DNA from: Deltaproteobacteria bacterium
GTDB lineage: Bacteria > Myxococcota > Kuafuiibacteriia > Kuafuiibacteriales > Kuafuiibacteriaceae
Reading direction: 5' to 3'
Assembly: GCA_016703535.1 (NCBI GenBank)
Contig: JADJBV010000001.1
Location: 6,382,270-6,446,269, forward strand
Length of the DNA: 64,000 nt
The notes under the pieces were generated by a model that was not told the DNA's origin, ran no database searches, and saw nothing but the letters and a program-made list of their open reading frames with translations. The first letter of the stretch is position 1; every line of letters starts with the position of its first letter. The translations under genes and the position numbers were made by a program. This document shows, in pieces, positions 10,663-20,777 of the stretch.

Positions 10663-12033
10663 ATGGTGCGTCATGGTGTGGTGCTTGCGCTCCTCCTGAC
10701 CGCGGTGAATGCGGGGTGCGTCGCGCCGACGGAAGAACTTGGTCTTGGGGTCGGGATCGACGCCAACTTCGAGGCGAGGGACGCCGGCGACGATGGCGAT
10801 GATTCGTCCATTGCGCCTCGAGATGGCGGCGCCGACTTGGATGGGGCGGTGGGTCGGGACGCAGCCCCTCGAGATGTGGCGACGACCCCCATGGAGCGCA
10901 TGGCCTGCGGCTTGCCGCTCCCACCGGTGCAGTCGAACCCGACGTTTCCCGATCTGGCCGAGCTGAACATGGAGCTCCGCCCCGGCCTCGGCGCGACCTT
11001 TCGCGGACGACTCGTGGAGCCCGGGACCCTCTTCCGCATCTGGCTCGAGCTGGTGGACGAGTCGGGGAGGGTCGTCAAAGCCGAAGCGTCGGTGGAGCCT
11101 GATGAGTTCGAGCTCTTCGTTGGTGTCGACGCCTGCACCCAAAGCGGGGTGCGACGCCTCCAAGGCGTGATCCTCCGGGACTCCAACCAGCTCGAGACCA
11201 TGTTTCGGGATCTCGATGGGGATGGGGTCTTTGAAGTCATTCAGGACGGAGCCCCGCGCGGACAGCGGGATCTGGGCCGCTGGATCCTGAACTCTCCCAC
11301 GGCTTCGAGCGCTCACCCGATCCTGACGTCCATCACTTTGGCACCGTTGGACGCAGGCGAGGGCGTGGGTTTCGCCGCCAACGTCACCCTCTCGGGCGGG
11401 GAAGGTTGTGGCGCGGCTTCGGTCGTCTCCTTCGCCCGGGCCGTGAGCAACTATCCCTGCCAACCGGTGCTCCAGGGGGTCTCCAGCCTCGTCGGCGGTC
11501 GGGCCCGACCCGCCACGATGATGCGCCGCTGCATGGGCGGCGGCACCTGGACCATCGAGGGGCTGGCGCTCCGACCCAACTCCCATCCTTGGGATTTGGT
11601 GCCGATCGAAGATCCGAGTGGCTTGCTCCCAATCTCGATCGATCTGGGCGGGCCGGCTCCGTTCTCAGGTGTGCCTCAGGTCGAGGGCCTGACCTTCTCG
11701 AAGGAGTCGCGTTCGGACGGTACGGTCATCACGGTGGTCGGCGACTCCAACTTTCGCTGCCCCGCCTCCGGGAGCATCACCTTCAACCCTCTCGAGCCCA
11801 ACGCCCTCCCGGTCACCGGGATCGCCTCTTTGGGCGGCGGCGACTTCAGCGCCTGCCTCTTCATTCCGAAGAAGTGGTCGCCCAATCGCTTTGAGCTCTC
11901 CCAGATTCGGGTCCGCCCCGAGTACGGATGTGATCTGAACTTGGTGGCGCGTGGTGGGGTGCTGCAGGACCTCAGCCAACCCGGCTCCGGCTCCGAACTC
12001 CCGACGGCACTCCCGGTGATCACGACACCCTGA
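10663..12033 (+). CDS. Hypothetical lipoprotein (Asp/Gly-rich N-terminus), 456 aa
   Basis: ATG 10663, lipobox LLTAVNAGC; the antisense ORF 10534..11586 looks like GC artefact. Confidence 0.5.
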   Translation: MVRHGVVLALLLTAVNAGCVAPTEELGLGVGIDANFEARDAGDDGDDSSIAPRDGGADLDGAVGRDAAPRDVATTPMERMACGLPLPPVQSNPTFPDLAELNMELRPGLGATFRGRLVEPGTLFRIWLELVDESGRVVKAEASVEPDEFELFVGVDACTQSGVRRLQGVILRDSNQLETMFRDLDGDGVFEVIQDGAPRGQRDLGRWILNSPTASSAHPILTSITLAPLDAGEGVGFAANVTLSGGEGCGAASVVSFARAVSNYPCQPVLQGVSSLVGGRARPATMMRRCMGGGTWTIEGLALRPNSHPWDLVPIEDPSGLLPISIDLGGPAPFSGVPQVEGLTFSKESRSDGTVITVVGDSNFRCPASGSITFNPLEPNALPVTGIASLGGGDFSACLFIPKKWSPNRFELSQIRVRPEYGCDLNLVARGGVLQDLSQPGSGSELPTALPVITTP

Positions 12034-12100
12034 AGGCCCGGGCGTCTTCGGCACAAACTATTCGGCGCCGACGACAACCCGAAGGGCGTATTGGTCAGTA

Positions 12101-12529
12101 GTGATGCCCCTTGCATGTCGGTCCAAAGCCGCGCCCGTCGCGGAAACACTCAGGATCCTTGGAGGTGCATGGCCTGAGCGCGCGGCGAGGTCCTGGCTGA
12201 GGGCCGGGTTGGTGGCGGTCGGCGTGTTCATCGGGGCCGCGGGATGCCAGGACGCGGCGAGCGAACTGGAGGGCGATGCGGATGTGGGGGCTGGACAATG
12301 TTCGGATCCGCAGCCGACCTGCCGCCGCGGCAACGACACGCCCTCCATCTACTGCTGTGTGCAATCCGATCCTTGTGGGGTGTGCTTTGGGGACGGGGTG
12401 ACCGCCACGACCTGCGAGGGCGGCGCCTGGATCTGCGGGCCCAGCTTCCGGCTCGAGTCCCAGTGCAGCGGATGGGCGTGGCAAGGGGACGCGTCCGGTG
12501 CACCTCCAGAGTGCGACGGCGGGATGTAG
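12101..12529 (+). CDS. Small Cys-rich secreted/lipoprotein (142 aa), hypothetical
   Basis: Hydrophobic segment GLVAVGVFIGAAGC (lipobox-like) then a 12-Cys region; start codon uncertain. Confidence 0.35.
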   Translation: MMPLACRSKAAPVAETLRILGGAWPERAARSWLRAGLVAVGVFIGAAGCQDAASELEGDADVGAGQCSDPQPTCRRGNDTPSIYCCVQSDPCGVCFGDGVTATTCEGGAWICGPSFRLESQCSGWAWQGDASGAPPECDGGM

Positions 12530-12579
12530 CCCGGGCTCAAGTTGTTCGCGTAGGGCCCGGGGCGCTCGTCCCGGGAGCC

Positions 12580-15500
12580 TCAGTACCAGTTGCCCGCCAC
12601 GGAGCCAGGACAGCTCCCGCCGGTGGTCACTTGGCCCGCGGCCCCCACACCCCCACCGTATGGGTTGTTGGTGCCGAAGTGCCACCGATACTCGGGCGAG
12701 TTGCAGGTGCAGGTGGCGCCGGGGGTCACGGTGGTGAAGGTCCCGCCGCAGGCGCGACCGCAGTTGGTCACGTTGTAGTGTCGATTGCAGGCGTCGAGGG
12801 CCCGCTGGTAGGAGCTCGTGTCGACCGGGCTCTCGTTGTAGAAGAGGGTCCCGAGGCCGGTGCTGTGTTCGTAACCTCGGAGGCCACATCCGCCGCTCGA
12901 GTCCACCGGAGCCTCACGACCGTCGGCAATGCCGTTGAAGCAACGACCCTCGATCTTCTGCACCAAAGCCACGCCGGAAGGTCCGATCGCTTGGGTGGCG
13001 TTGCCGCCGAAGAGGTACATCTTCCCGTGCAGCGTCGTGTGGGCGAAGCGATCCAGCGGCGACAGTAGGGCGCTGTCTGGGCCGATCGGGGTCAAGGCCG
13101 CGCCGCTGACGACCGCTTCACTCTCGATGACCTTGGTGGGCTGGTCGGCCCGCCGACCGGCGACCAGGCTCAATTGATCCCGCACCACGAAGGCGGCGCC
13201 ATGAGAGAAGGTAAAGCGCGCCGAGCTGCGGCTCGTCCAGTTGTTGCTGACGAAGCTGAGCATGGTGTTGTGGGGCGTGCCTTGATCGTTGAGGCCGCCG
13301 ACCACTCGCACCACCCCGGCGTGGGTGAAGGCCGAGGCCCCGGTGCGGGCGCTCGGGAGCACCGGCGCGCTGCTCCAGGTGTTGGCCACGGTGTCGTAGA
13401 CCTCGACCGTCTGGAGCGCACCGCCGTTGTAGCCGCCGATCACCCAGATCTGGGTGCCCTTGACCGTCACGGCCGCGTCCCGACGCGCCACCTGCATCGG
13501 CGTGCGCGGGATCCACTGGTTGAGGATCGGATCGTAGGCCCGGACGGTGGCCACTGAGTTGCCGAAGCTGTCGGCGCCGCCGATGGCGTACACCAGGTCC
13601 CCGACCGCGGCCGCCACCAGGCCACTTTGATGGGTGCCGAGGGGCGGGAGGATCCGATAGACCTCGGTCTCGGGATCGAACTCCCAGGCGGTGAGTTCTT
13701 CGGAGAAGTTGCGCCCTCCGAAGAGATAAACGCGGCCGTTGAGGGTGGCGGCGGCCTGCATGAAGCGCGCAGCCGGAAGTTCGGCCAAACGCCGCACGTA
13801 GTCCTGCGAGAAGTTGAACTGGACGCTGGTGTCCACCGGGCCGGCGCTGGTCTGGCCGCCGAGCACCCAAAGCGCAGCGCGTTGGGTGTCGACGTCGTCG
13901 GTGTCGACCACGATCAGGCCGGAGCCGCTGTGACGAGCGGCCGGCATCGGGGTGCGTTCGCGCCAGGCGTCGTCTTCGATGAGGTACTCCTCGACCTTGG
14001 CGGTGGCCGCACCACCGGCGACGCGACCGCCGGCGATCACCAGCCCGCGATGCCCACCATTCACTACCCCGGCGTTGATCAACTTACCGCCGGCCGCGAA
14101 GGAGCGCGGCGTCGGGAGCGCGGCCCCCAAGCTCCAGCTGTTGGCGCCGACGTCATAGATGTCGACCTCGGGGATCGGGTTGCCTTGGGCGTCTTCACCG
14201 CCGGCGACGATGATCCGGTTGCCCTCCACCACCGCGTTGAACGCATAACGCGGTCGCGGGAGTTGAGCGACCTGGTTGGTCCAGGCGCCGGTGCCGAGGT
14301 TCAGGACCTCGTGGTTCGGGAGCACCACGCCGCCGTTGGTCTTGCCACCCAGGACGTGGACCGAGTTGCCGACCACGACCGCGCTGAGGCCGAAGCGGGT
14401 GCTGGGCATGGGCGCCAAGTTCTCCCAGGTCGCTTGGGCGTTGCTGAGATCGAGCCGCTCGACCCGACCGAGGGGCGTGCCGTTGTTTTCGCCGCCGATG
14501 GCGTAGAGTTGGTTGCCCGAAGCCGCGATCGCCAGCTGGGCCCGGCCGCCGCTCATCGAGGCCAAGGCGGTCCAGGTCGCGGTCCCGAGGTCGTAGGCGA
14601 AGGCGCCCGCCTGGGGCGCGAGGCCGTCGGAGCCGCCGACCATGATCACCCGGGTGCCGACTTGGGTGGCCGCGGTGTGGATCAGGCTCTCCGAGAGCAT
14701 GGGCGCTGGGCGCCAGCCATTGCCATGGCCGGTGATCTCGTAGCTGGCGTCCACCACGTTGGCTTGCCAGTTGCCGGCCCGGTCCCGGGCCCGAAGGCGC
14801 AGGGTCGTGTCGTCGAAGACCCGGATGTCCTTCACCGACTCGAAGCTCTCCGAGTCTTCGGTGGGCGTCGAACCGTCGGTGGTGAAGTACACGGTGGCCG
14901 GTTCATCGCTGGCCAGGCGCACGGTGACGCCATTCAGGAAGGTGCCGCCCGAGGGGCTGAGAGAGGTGTTGGGAGGCGTGATGTCGTAGACGATCCGGGC
15001 CTCGATGGTGGCGCTCCCCTGGCCCTGGTCCACACTCCGCACCACGTAGACGTTTTCGCCAGGGACCAGGTTCAAGGCCACAGTCCAGGTGGTGTCGGGG
15101 CTCTGGGGCACGGCCTCCAGGCCGTTGATCTCCACCGAGGCGCCGGCCGGTTTGGTGCCGCCGAGGCTCAACACGCCGACGTTGGTCGGGGTGGTGTACG
15201 GGTTGAGGGTCGGCGGCTCGATGCACCCGCCGATGGGGCTCACCTGGCAGGTGCCGGCCTGGCAGACGTCGTTGGTGCAGGCATTGCCGTCGCTGCAGCT
15301 CGCGACCTGGGGCTCTTGGGCGCAGCGGTTCCGCGAGAAGTCGAAGTAGTCTCGGGTGCAGGGGTTGCGGTCGTTGCAGAGCGCGGCGTCATCGATGGCC
15401 TCACACACGCCGGCGTTGCAGATCTGCCCGATCGGACAGGCGCCGGTCTGATTGTTTTGGGAGCAGCCGATGCCGGCGTCGGTGCAGACCCCGGCGACGC

Positions 15501-16632
15501 AGTCGAAGCCGGTGGCGCAGAGGCCGTTGGGGTTGGTCGTGGAGCACAAGGTCGAGTCGGGTCGGCAGCGGCCCTCCAGGCAGGTCTCCTGGGTGCCGCA
15601 GACCGGGCATCCCGTCGGGGCTTCACACACGCCGTTGGTGCAGATCTCCCCGGCCGGGCACAGGCCCGTAGGCTCGGCCACCGAGCAGAGATCGGCGGTC
15701 GGGACACACAACCCTTCCAAGCAGCTGTTGCCGCTTGGGCACAGGCCGGTGGGGCGGGTGCTCGAGCACAAGAGCGTGGCGTCGACACATTGGGCGTCGA
15801 GACAGGTCTGTCCGGTCACACATCGTCCGCTGGGGTTGGTGGCGCTGCAGAGGTCGGCGTTTTCGACGCAGGCACCCTCGAGGCAGGTTTCGCTCATCGG
15901 GCAAAGACCCGCGGGCAACGCCGGCGCGCAGAGCAAGGTGTCGTTGGTGCAGTTGCCGTCGAGGCAGGTGCGACCGGTGGCGCAGAGGCCGCCTGGGTTC
16001 GCGGCGCTGCAGAGATCGCCCATGGCCACGCAGGTGCCGTCGAGGCAACGTTCACCGCCGGCGCAGAAGCCCATCGGCTCCGCGGGCGAACAGGGATTGG
16101 GCGTGGCGCAGGCGCCGTTGGTGCAGCTGAGGCCGCCGCCACACAACCCGGTCGGGTTGGTGGTGCTGCACAGGTTGGCCTCGGGGACGCAGTTCCCTTC
16201 GAGGCAGGCTTCGGTGGTGAGCAGGCACAAGCCCTCTTGGTTGGTGCCGGAGCACAACAACGCGTCGCTGATGCACTGGCCGGCGCGGCAGCTGGTCCCA
16301 GCGTCACAACGCCCGGTCGGGTTGGCGACGCTGCACAGGGCGGTCGCGCTTTCGCAGACGCCCCCGCGGCAGGTCTCGTTCGGCGGGCAGAGGCCCGTGG
16401 TGTTGCTCGCGCTACAGAAGGCCGCGTCCTCGAAGCACTGGCCGCCGTAACACTGGTATCCGGCCGCGCAGAGCCCGGTGGGGGCGAGGGGGCCGCAGAG
16501 TTCAGGGCCCACGCCGCTGTCGGCCGGCGGAGTGCCCGAGTCGGCGGGACTTGGCCCGGGCCGCTCGCTTTCGCCGCAGGCGGCGAAAAAGACCAAGGCG
16601 AGTCCGGGGACCAAATGGCGAGCGCTGAGCAT
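12580..16632 (-). CDS. Giant lipoprotein (1350 aa): about 17 tandem Cys-rich about 20-aa modules, Kelch-type beta-propeller repeats, chitobiase/beta-hexosaminidase-C-like domain
   Basis: Lipobox LALVFFAACG. Repeats of the form LCSxxNPxGLCxxGxxCxxGxC. Kelch motifs (W..L..MP..R.....VVGN.IYV.GG). Also TVYFTTDGSTPT. Confidence 0.75.
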   Translation of the reverse strand: MLSARHLVPGLALVFFAACGESERPGPSPADSGTPPADSGVGPELCGPLAPTGLCAAGYQCYGGQCFEDAAFCSASNTTGLCPPNETCRGGVCESATALCSVANPTGRCDAGTSCRAGQCISDALLCSGTNQEGLCLLTTEACLEGNCVPEANLCSTTNPTGLCGGGLSCTNGACATPNPCSPAEPMGFCAGGERCLDGTCVAMGDLCSAANPGGLCATGRTCLDGNCTNDTLLCAPALPAGLCPMSETCLEGACVENADLCSATNPSGRCVTGQTCLDAQCVDATLLCSSTRPTGLCPSGNSCLEGLCVPTADLCSVAEPTGLCPAGEICTNGVCEAPTGCPVCGTQETCLEGRCRPDSTLCSTTNPNGLCATGFDCVAGVCTDAGIGCSQNNQTGACPIGQICNAGVCEAIDDAALCNDRNPCTRDYFDFSRNRCAQEPQVASCSDGNACTNDVCQAGTCQVSPIGGCIEPPTLNPYTTPTNVGVLSLGGTKPAGASVEINGLEAVPQSPDTTWTVALNLVPGENVYVVRSVDQGQGSATIEARIVYDITPPNTSLSPSGGTFLNGVTVRLASDEPATVYFTTDGSTPTEDSESFESVKDIRVFDDTTLRLRARDRAGNWQANVVDASYEITGHGNGWRPAPMLSESLIHTAATQVGTRVIMVGGSDGLAPQAGAFAYDLGTATWTALASMSGGRAQLAIAASGNQLYAIGGENNGTPLGRVERLDLSNAQATWENLAPMPSTRFGLSAVVVGNSVHVLGGKTNGGVVLPNHEVLNLGTGAWTNQVAQLPRPRYAFNAVVEGNRIIVAGGEDAQGNPIPEVDIYDVGANSWSLGAALPTPRSFAAGGKLINAGVVNGGHRGLVIAGGRVAGGAATAKVEEYLIEDDAWRERTPMPAARHSGSGLIVVDTDDVDTQRAALWVLGGQTSAGPVDTSVQFNFSQDYVRRLAELPAARFMQAAATLNGRVYLFGGRNFSEELTAWEFDPETEVYRILPPLGTHQSGLVAAAVGDLVYAIGGADSFGNSVATVRAYDPILNQWIPRTPMQVARRDAAVTVKGTQIWVIGGYNGGALQTVEVYDTVANTWSSAPVLPSARTGASAFTHAGVVRVVGGLNDQGTPHNTMLSFVSNNWTSRSSARFTFSHGAAFVVRDQLSLVAGRRADQPTKVIESEAVVSGAALTPIGPDSALLSPLDRFAHTTLHGKMYLFGGNATQAIGPSGVALVQKIEGRCFNGIADGREAPVDSSGGCGLRGYEHSTGLGTLFYNESPVDTSSYQRALDACNRHYNVTNCGRACGGTFTTVTPGATCTCNSPEYRWHFGTNNPYGGGVGAAGQVTTGGSCPGSVAGNWY
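15300..16450 (-). repeat. Intragenic tandem repeat block encoding the Cys-rich modules
   Basis: Recurrent nucleotide and peptide pattern inside the giant lipoprotein gene. Confidence 0.5.
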
Positions 16633-16968
16633 GGAGCCTCCGGTACGAGCTTACGTTGGGACCCGCGGAACCTTCCCACCCGGTGGTCCAGGTGAGCCCA
16701 AAGATCGCGCTGTTGGCCCGAGTTCTCGGGTCCCCTGGAGCACGACAGGGGCAGACCGGGGGGCTCCTCCCACCTGGTGCGAGTGAAGGCGCGGGACCAA
16801 ACGTGGAGCGAGGCGCGGACCGTCGGCCCAGCCCCCGGATGACAGGGCCGCCGCGCAAGGTGAAAACGGGAGTCCTCACCTTGGACGGAATGGCGCCTAC
16901 CCCGCCCGCGGCTTTGGCGCCTGCGGTGCGGGCGCGGTGGAGTCCGTGTACGGTCCGCGAACCAGCCA
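16633..16968. promoter_or_regulatory. Divergent promoter region (giant lipoprotein gene / FGE-domain gene)
   Basis: 336-bp gap between divergent starts. Confidence 0.3.
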
Positions 16969-18006
16969 ATGTCCAAGCCAAGGTTTTTGGGGTGGGTACC
17001 CCTGGTCTACTTGCTGAGTTCGGGCGGTTTCGCCCACGCCGAGTTCAACTCGTCGATCGGCAAACACAGCGACTGCAAGAAGCTCAAAGGCGCCGACCGA
17101 ACGCGCTGCACCCAGTGCCTCAACAGCGGCGAAGGCTTCTTCAACAAGGAACCCAAGACGGGCAAGTGGGTCTGCGGGATGACCAGCGACATGACGTCGG
17201 TCGCCGATCGGGAGCGGGGAGATCCTCCGCCGCCCCCCTTGAAGGCGATGCCGCCGCAGCAAAAGCAGTACGCCAAAATCGCCGCGGGCACGTTCCGGAT
17301 CGGCACGCCCGCGCCGGCGGATGGCTCGTACCGCTCGTCCTCGGAGTTGGACTCGGAGGTGACCATCACCCGGCCGTTCTTGATGAAGACCACCGAGGTG
17401 ACCAACGGCGAGTGGTACTTCGTGATGAAGAAGATGCCCAAGCGCTTCAAGGCGGGCTGCATGGACTGCCCGGCCACCCACATGTCCTGGCTCGACGCGG
17501 CCGCTTACCTCAACGCGCTCTCCAAGCTCGAGAAGCTCGAGACCTGTTACGTGATCCGCGGCGAAACCGTCGAGTGGAGGGGCCTCGACTGCAAAGGTTA
17601 TCGCCTGCCCACCGAAGCCGAGTGGGAGTACGCGGCCCGGGGCGGGACCACCGGTCCCACCCACGGAGAGATGGACGCCATCGCCTGGCACGCCGGCAAC
17701 AGCGACTCGAAGAAACACCCGGTCGGAGGCAAAGCGGCGAACGCGTACGGGCTCCACGACATGATGGGGAACGCCTCCGAGTGGACCTGGGATGTGTACA
17801 AAGAGGCCGCCTTCGAAAATCCTCAGACGGATCCGATCATCGGTGGCCTGAAGATGACCGACATCTACGAGGACCGAGTGGTCCGCGGCGTCGATTTTAT
17901 GGCGGCCCCCGCGAGCGCCAGCGTCGCCTTCCGCAACACCCAGCTGGACGCGAACCAGGCCGGCGAGACGATCGGGTTCCGGCCGGTGCGAACCGTCAAG
18001 CCCTAG
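16969..18006 (+). CDS. Secreted formylglycine-generating-enzyme (FGE-sulfatase/SUMF1) domain protein, 345 aa
   Basis: Signal peptide; RLPTEAEWEYAARGG; HDMMGNASEWTWD (FGE-sulfatase domain hallmarks). Confidence 0.8.
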   Translation: MSKPRFLGWVPLVYLLSSGGFAHAEFNSSIGKHSDCKKLKGADRTRCTQCLNSGEGFFNKEPKTGKWVCGMTSDMTSVADRERGDPPPPPLKAMPPQQKQYAKIAAGTFRIGTPAPADGSYRSSSELDSEVTITRPFLMKTTEVTNGEWYFVMKKMPKRFKAGCMDCPATHMSWLDAAAYLNALSKLEKLETCYVIRGETVEWRGLDCKGYRLPTEAEWEYAARGGTTGPTHGEMDAIAWHAGNSDSKKHPVGGKAANAYGLHDMMGNASEWTWDVYKEAAFENPQTDPIIGGLKMTDIYEDRVVRGVDFMAAPASASVAFRNTQLDANQAGETIGFRPVRTVKP

Positions 18007-18062
18007 GCCGCCGCGCCGGGCCCGCCTTGCGTGACGCGGGTTCGGGTCTTAAGGTCGTGACG

Positions 18063-18815
18063 GTGACGCGAAGGCTGGCACCGCTGGTGATCTTTACCTT
18101 GGCCTTGGCTTGTGAAGACGCCGCCCAGCTGAGCGGCGTGGACGGCGGGCCCAACTTCGACGCCGCGCCTCGAGACCTGGGGAGCCTCCCGAGCGACGCC
18201 GCTTGGCCTGATGCAGCGCCAGCCCTCGACGACGCAGCGGCTTCGCAAGACGCCGAGCCGACGGACGCCGGGATCTCCGACACGGGTCCCGAACCCGACG
18301 CGGGCTCCAAGCTCGACGCCGGCCCGGGGGCGTGCCCAGACGGTCTCAACCAACTCCAGGCCCGGGACGAAAACTGCAACTTGGGAGGGCGCTTCGTCGC
18401 CTACGAATACACGCCGCAGCTGAGCTTCACCCTCGACCGGATCGAAGTGCCGACGGGCCTGAGCCGCTGGAACCTTCCGGCTCCACCTCCGGTCGCGCCT
18501 CCGGACATCGTCCCAGGTCAGCTGCTCGCCGAGGTCCGGGCCGACAGCAACGGCCTCCCCTCCTCGGTGGCCCTCACCTCCGGGCTGATCTCCATCGCGC
18601 CCGGGTATCAGTGGCAGTCGGTGCCCCTTTCGCCGCCGGTCGCGCTGGTCGCAGGGACTCGCTATTGGGTCGTCGTGAAGGCCCCCGAGGCCGACTGTTG
18701 GCTGGCGCTCACCGGAGTCCAGGTCCACTCCACGAGTTCGGATGCCCCGGACGGGCCCTGGAGCCAGCCGGGCTTCGAGAACTTTTGGCAGTTCAACTTC
18801 TGCGGCCGCCCGTGA
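18063..18815 (+). CDS. Hypothetical lipoprotein (about 250 aa)
   Basis: GTG 18063 preceded by AAGG about 8 nt upstream; lipobox FTLALAC. The upstream part of ORF 16656..18815 overlaps the FGE gene and is GC artefact. Confidence 0.5.
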   Translation: MTRRLAPLVIFTLALACEDAAQLSGVDGGPNFDAAPRDLGSLPSDAAWPDAAPALDDAAASQDAEPTDAGISDTGPEPDAGSKLDAGPGACPDGLNQLQARDENCNLGGRFVAYEYTPQLSFTLDRIEVPTGLSRWNLPAPPPVAPPDIVPGQLLAEVRADSNGLPSSVALTSGLISIAPGYQWQSVPLSPPVALVAGTRYWVVVKAPEADCWLALTGVQVHSTSSDAPDGPWSQPGFENFWQFNFCGRP

Positions 18816-18846
18816 AGGGTCGAGGGCAACGAGTGAGCCACCGGGA

Positions 18847-20205
18847 TCAGCGCGGACAAGGTACGGCGTCGTAGACCTCGGTCCCGTGAGACAAGGACAG
18901 CAGCAGGTGACGGCAGTCGGGGGTCTCGACGAAGCCGATGCCTTCGAAGTCTCCCGGCAAGAAGGTGGTCCCATCGTCCCGCCGCGCCTCGAGGATGGAG
19001 TGCAACTCCAGCGGGTTGAACCGGGAGAAGGCCGCGATGGTCAGGGCATATGGCTGAGGCACGGTGGTGAGGAAGATCAGCGATTGTCGATCGCAGCCAA
19101 GGTTCAGCCAGAACGCGCCTTGGCCGGGGGTGAGCGGAAAACCGACGCCTTCGCCGAGGAAGCCGGTGTCACCCGCCACCGTTGAGCTTCGCACCACCGC
19201 CACCGCGGCGAGGGTGTCGGAGCGGAAGATGAGGGTGCGGAGGTCGCCGAGCAGCACCGGGAAACGAAGGTGATCGGTGGCCTTGGAAAGGACCACCCGA
19301 GGGCGCACAAAAGGCGCGCCGAGCCGCGGGCGGGACGCGACCCAGATCTCGTTGATGGCGATACTCCCGGTGCGGACCTGAAAGAACAGCTCCAGGCCAT
19401 CGGCCCGGACCTGAGGGCGCTCCTGGGCGTAGTCGGCGGGGAGGCCCAGGTCGATCGGCTCGATGCTCCCCGGACGGATCGCGAGGTTCGGTTCGAGCTC
19501 CGCCCGGGCCAACTTCAGGTCCCCTGGGGGGCCGTAGCGATCCGTCGAGAAGTACAAGATCCACCGCCCGTCTTCGACCCCCACCGAAGTGACGGTGTCG
19601 TTGGCGCCCGGGGCAGCGAGGCCGAGCAGCGGGCCTCGGGAGCGATAACAAGCCTCGGCCCGCGGATCGGGCAGCAGGCAATCGTTGTGGGGATAAGGCT
19701 CCTTCAGCAGCGACGTTCGGGCGCAAGGGCAAGGCAACTTGCATTCCTCGGGGTTGGGGCTGAGCCCGTAACAACCGCCCGCGCCGAGGCAGGCGCCGCG
19801 TTCCGGCGCGGCGATGCGCACCGCCGCCAGCCGCAGTTCGGCGTCCGTGGCGTCGACGGGTGACCAGCGGGTGTCGACCTTCTCGAAGGTGGCCAGCCCC
19901 TCTGGGAGTGGTCGCCCATCGCCGCGAGGAAGTTGACCTTCCGGGAGGGCCAACTCACTCAAGGGTGCGCCCAGGTATCGCAAGTAGAGGGGGCCCGGCG
20001 GCGCGGCGAAAGGCGCCGGCCCTACCCCCTGATGCGCGATGACCACTGGGCCGTCCTCCGCCAGGACCACGATCAACATCGATCGGGCACCCGCGGGCGG
20101 GACGGGCCACTGTAGACCCTCGGCGGGGCTGCAGGCCGTGAAGCAAGCGGCGACGAGGGCCGAGACCCGCCGAGCGAGGCCCGGGAATGGACGAGGCCCG
20201 GTCAC
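18847..20205 (-). CDS. Hypothetical lipoprotein, 452 aa
   Basis: Lipobox LVAACFTAC; coherent composition. Confidence 0.5.
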   Translation of the reverse strand: MTGPRPFPGLARRVSALVAACFTACSPAEGLQWPVPPAGARSMLIVVLAEDGPVVIAHQGVGPAPFAAPPGPLYLRYLGAPLSELALPEGQLPRGDGRPLPEGLATFEKVDTRWSPVDATDAELRLAAVRIAAPERGACLGAGGCYGLSPNPEECKLPCPCARTSLLKEPYPHNDCLLPDPRAEACYRSRGPLLGLAAPGANDTVTSVGVEDGRWILYFSTDRYGPPGDLKLARAELEPNLAIRPGSIEPIDLGLPADYAQERPQVRADGLELFFQVRTGSIAINEIWVASRPRLGAPFVRPRVVLSKATDHLRFPVLLGDLRTLIFRSDTLAAVAVVRSSTVAGDTGFLGEGVGFPLTPGQGAFWLNLGCDRQSLIFLTTVPQPYALTIAAFSRFNPLELHSILEARRDDGTTFLPGDFEGIGFVETPDCRHLLLSLSHGTEVYDAVPCPR

Positions 20206-20325
20206 CCTCGGAAGCTACGTCGCCCCCTCGACCCCTGTCGAGGAGGTCGGTTCAGCGCGGGCCGGCGGAGCTCACGCATTCGCCGCTAGCGAGGGGCGAG
20301 CGATCGTGGTTAGGCAACTTCCTTC

Positions 20326-20727
20326 ATGAACGCGATCTACATGGCCCACTCCGGACTCCGCTACCTCGTCCTCCTGTCGGGGTTCATCACCCTGGCCCTG
20401 CTGTTGATCGGCCAACTCCAAGGCAAGGCCTTCGCGCCCATTCATCGGATCTCCAGCACCGCCTACGCGGGCCTGCTCCACCTGCAGGTCGTCCTGGGCA
20501 TCGTCTTGGTCGGGATGGGCCGCTTCTACCCGGCGCTGATCGGCCACCTGGCGATGATGTTGGCCGCCGCGGTCGGGCTCCAGTTCGCCCTCACCTTCAA
20601 CAAGAAGCGCGGGACCCCCAACCTCAAGCTCCCGCTGATCGCGGTCGCGGTGTCGCTGGTGTTGATCGCCGCGGGCGTGATGGCGATCGGCCGGGGCCTC
20701 TTTCAGAGCATCGCCTTCTCTTCTTGA
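20326..20727 (+). CDS. Small integral membrane protein (4 predicted TM), 133 aa
   Basis: Four hydrophobic helices; AT-richer codons than surrounding artefact ORFs. Confidence 0.55.
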   Translation: MNAIYMAHSGLRYLVLLSGFITLALLLIGQLQGKAFAPIHRISSTAYAGLLHLQVVLGIVLVGMGRFYPALIGHLAMMLAAAVGLQFALTFNKKRGTPNLKLPLIAVAVSLVLIAAGVMAIGRGLFQSIAFSS

Positions 20728-20777
20728 GGCCCGTGGGCTGCATTGACTCCGCCCAGGTAGTCCCTCAAGAAGTGGGG

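Noticed and set aside
10534-11586. 350-aa minus ORF
   Set aside because: Antisense to the lipoprotein gene 10663..12033, which has a lipobox and coherent composition.
13627-16695. 1022-aa plus ORF (and 13118..13870, 15894..16976 minus ORFs)
   Set aside because: Antisense or alternative-frame artefacts within the 1350-aa Kelch/Cys-repeat lipoprotein gene.
16656-18062. Upstream 470 codons of ORF 16656..18815
   Set aside because: Overlaps the well-supported FGE-domain gene in another frame. Only the lipobox-containing distal part (18063..18815) is plausible.
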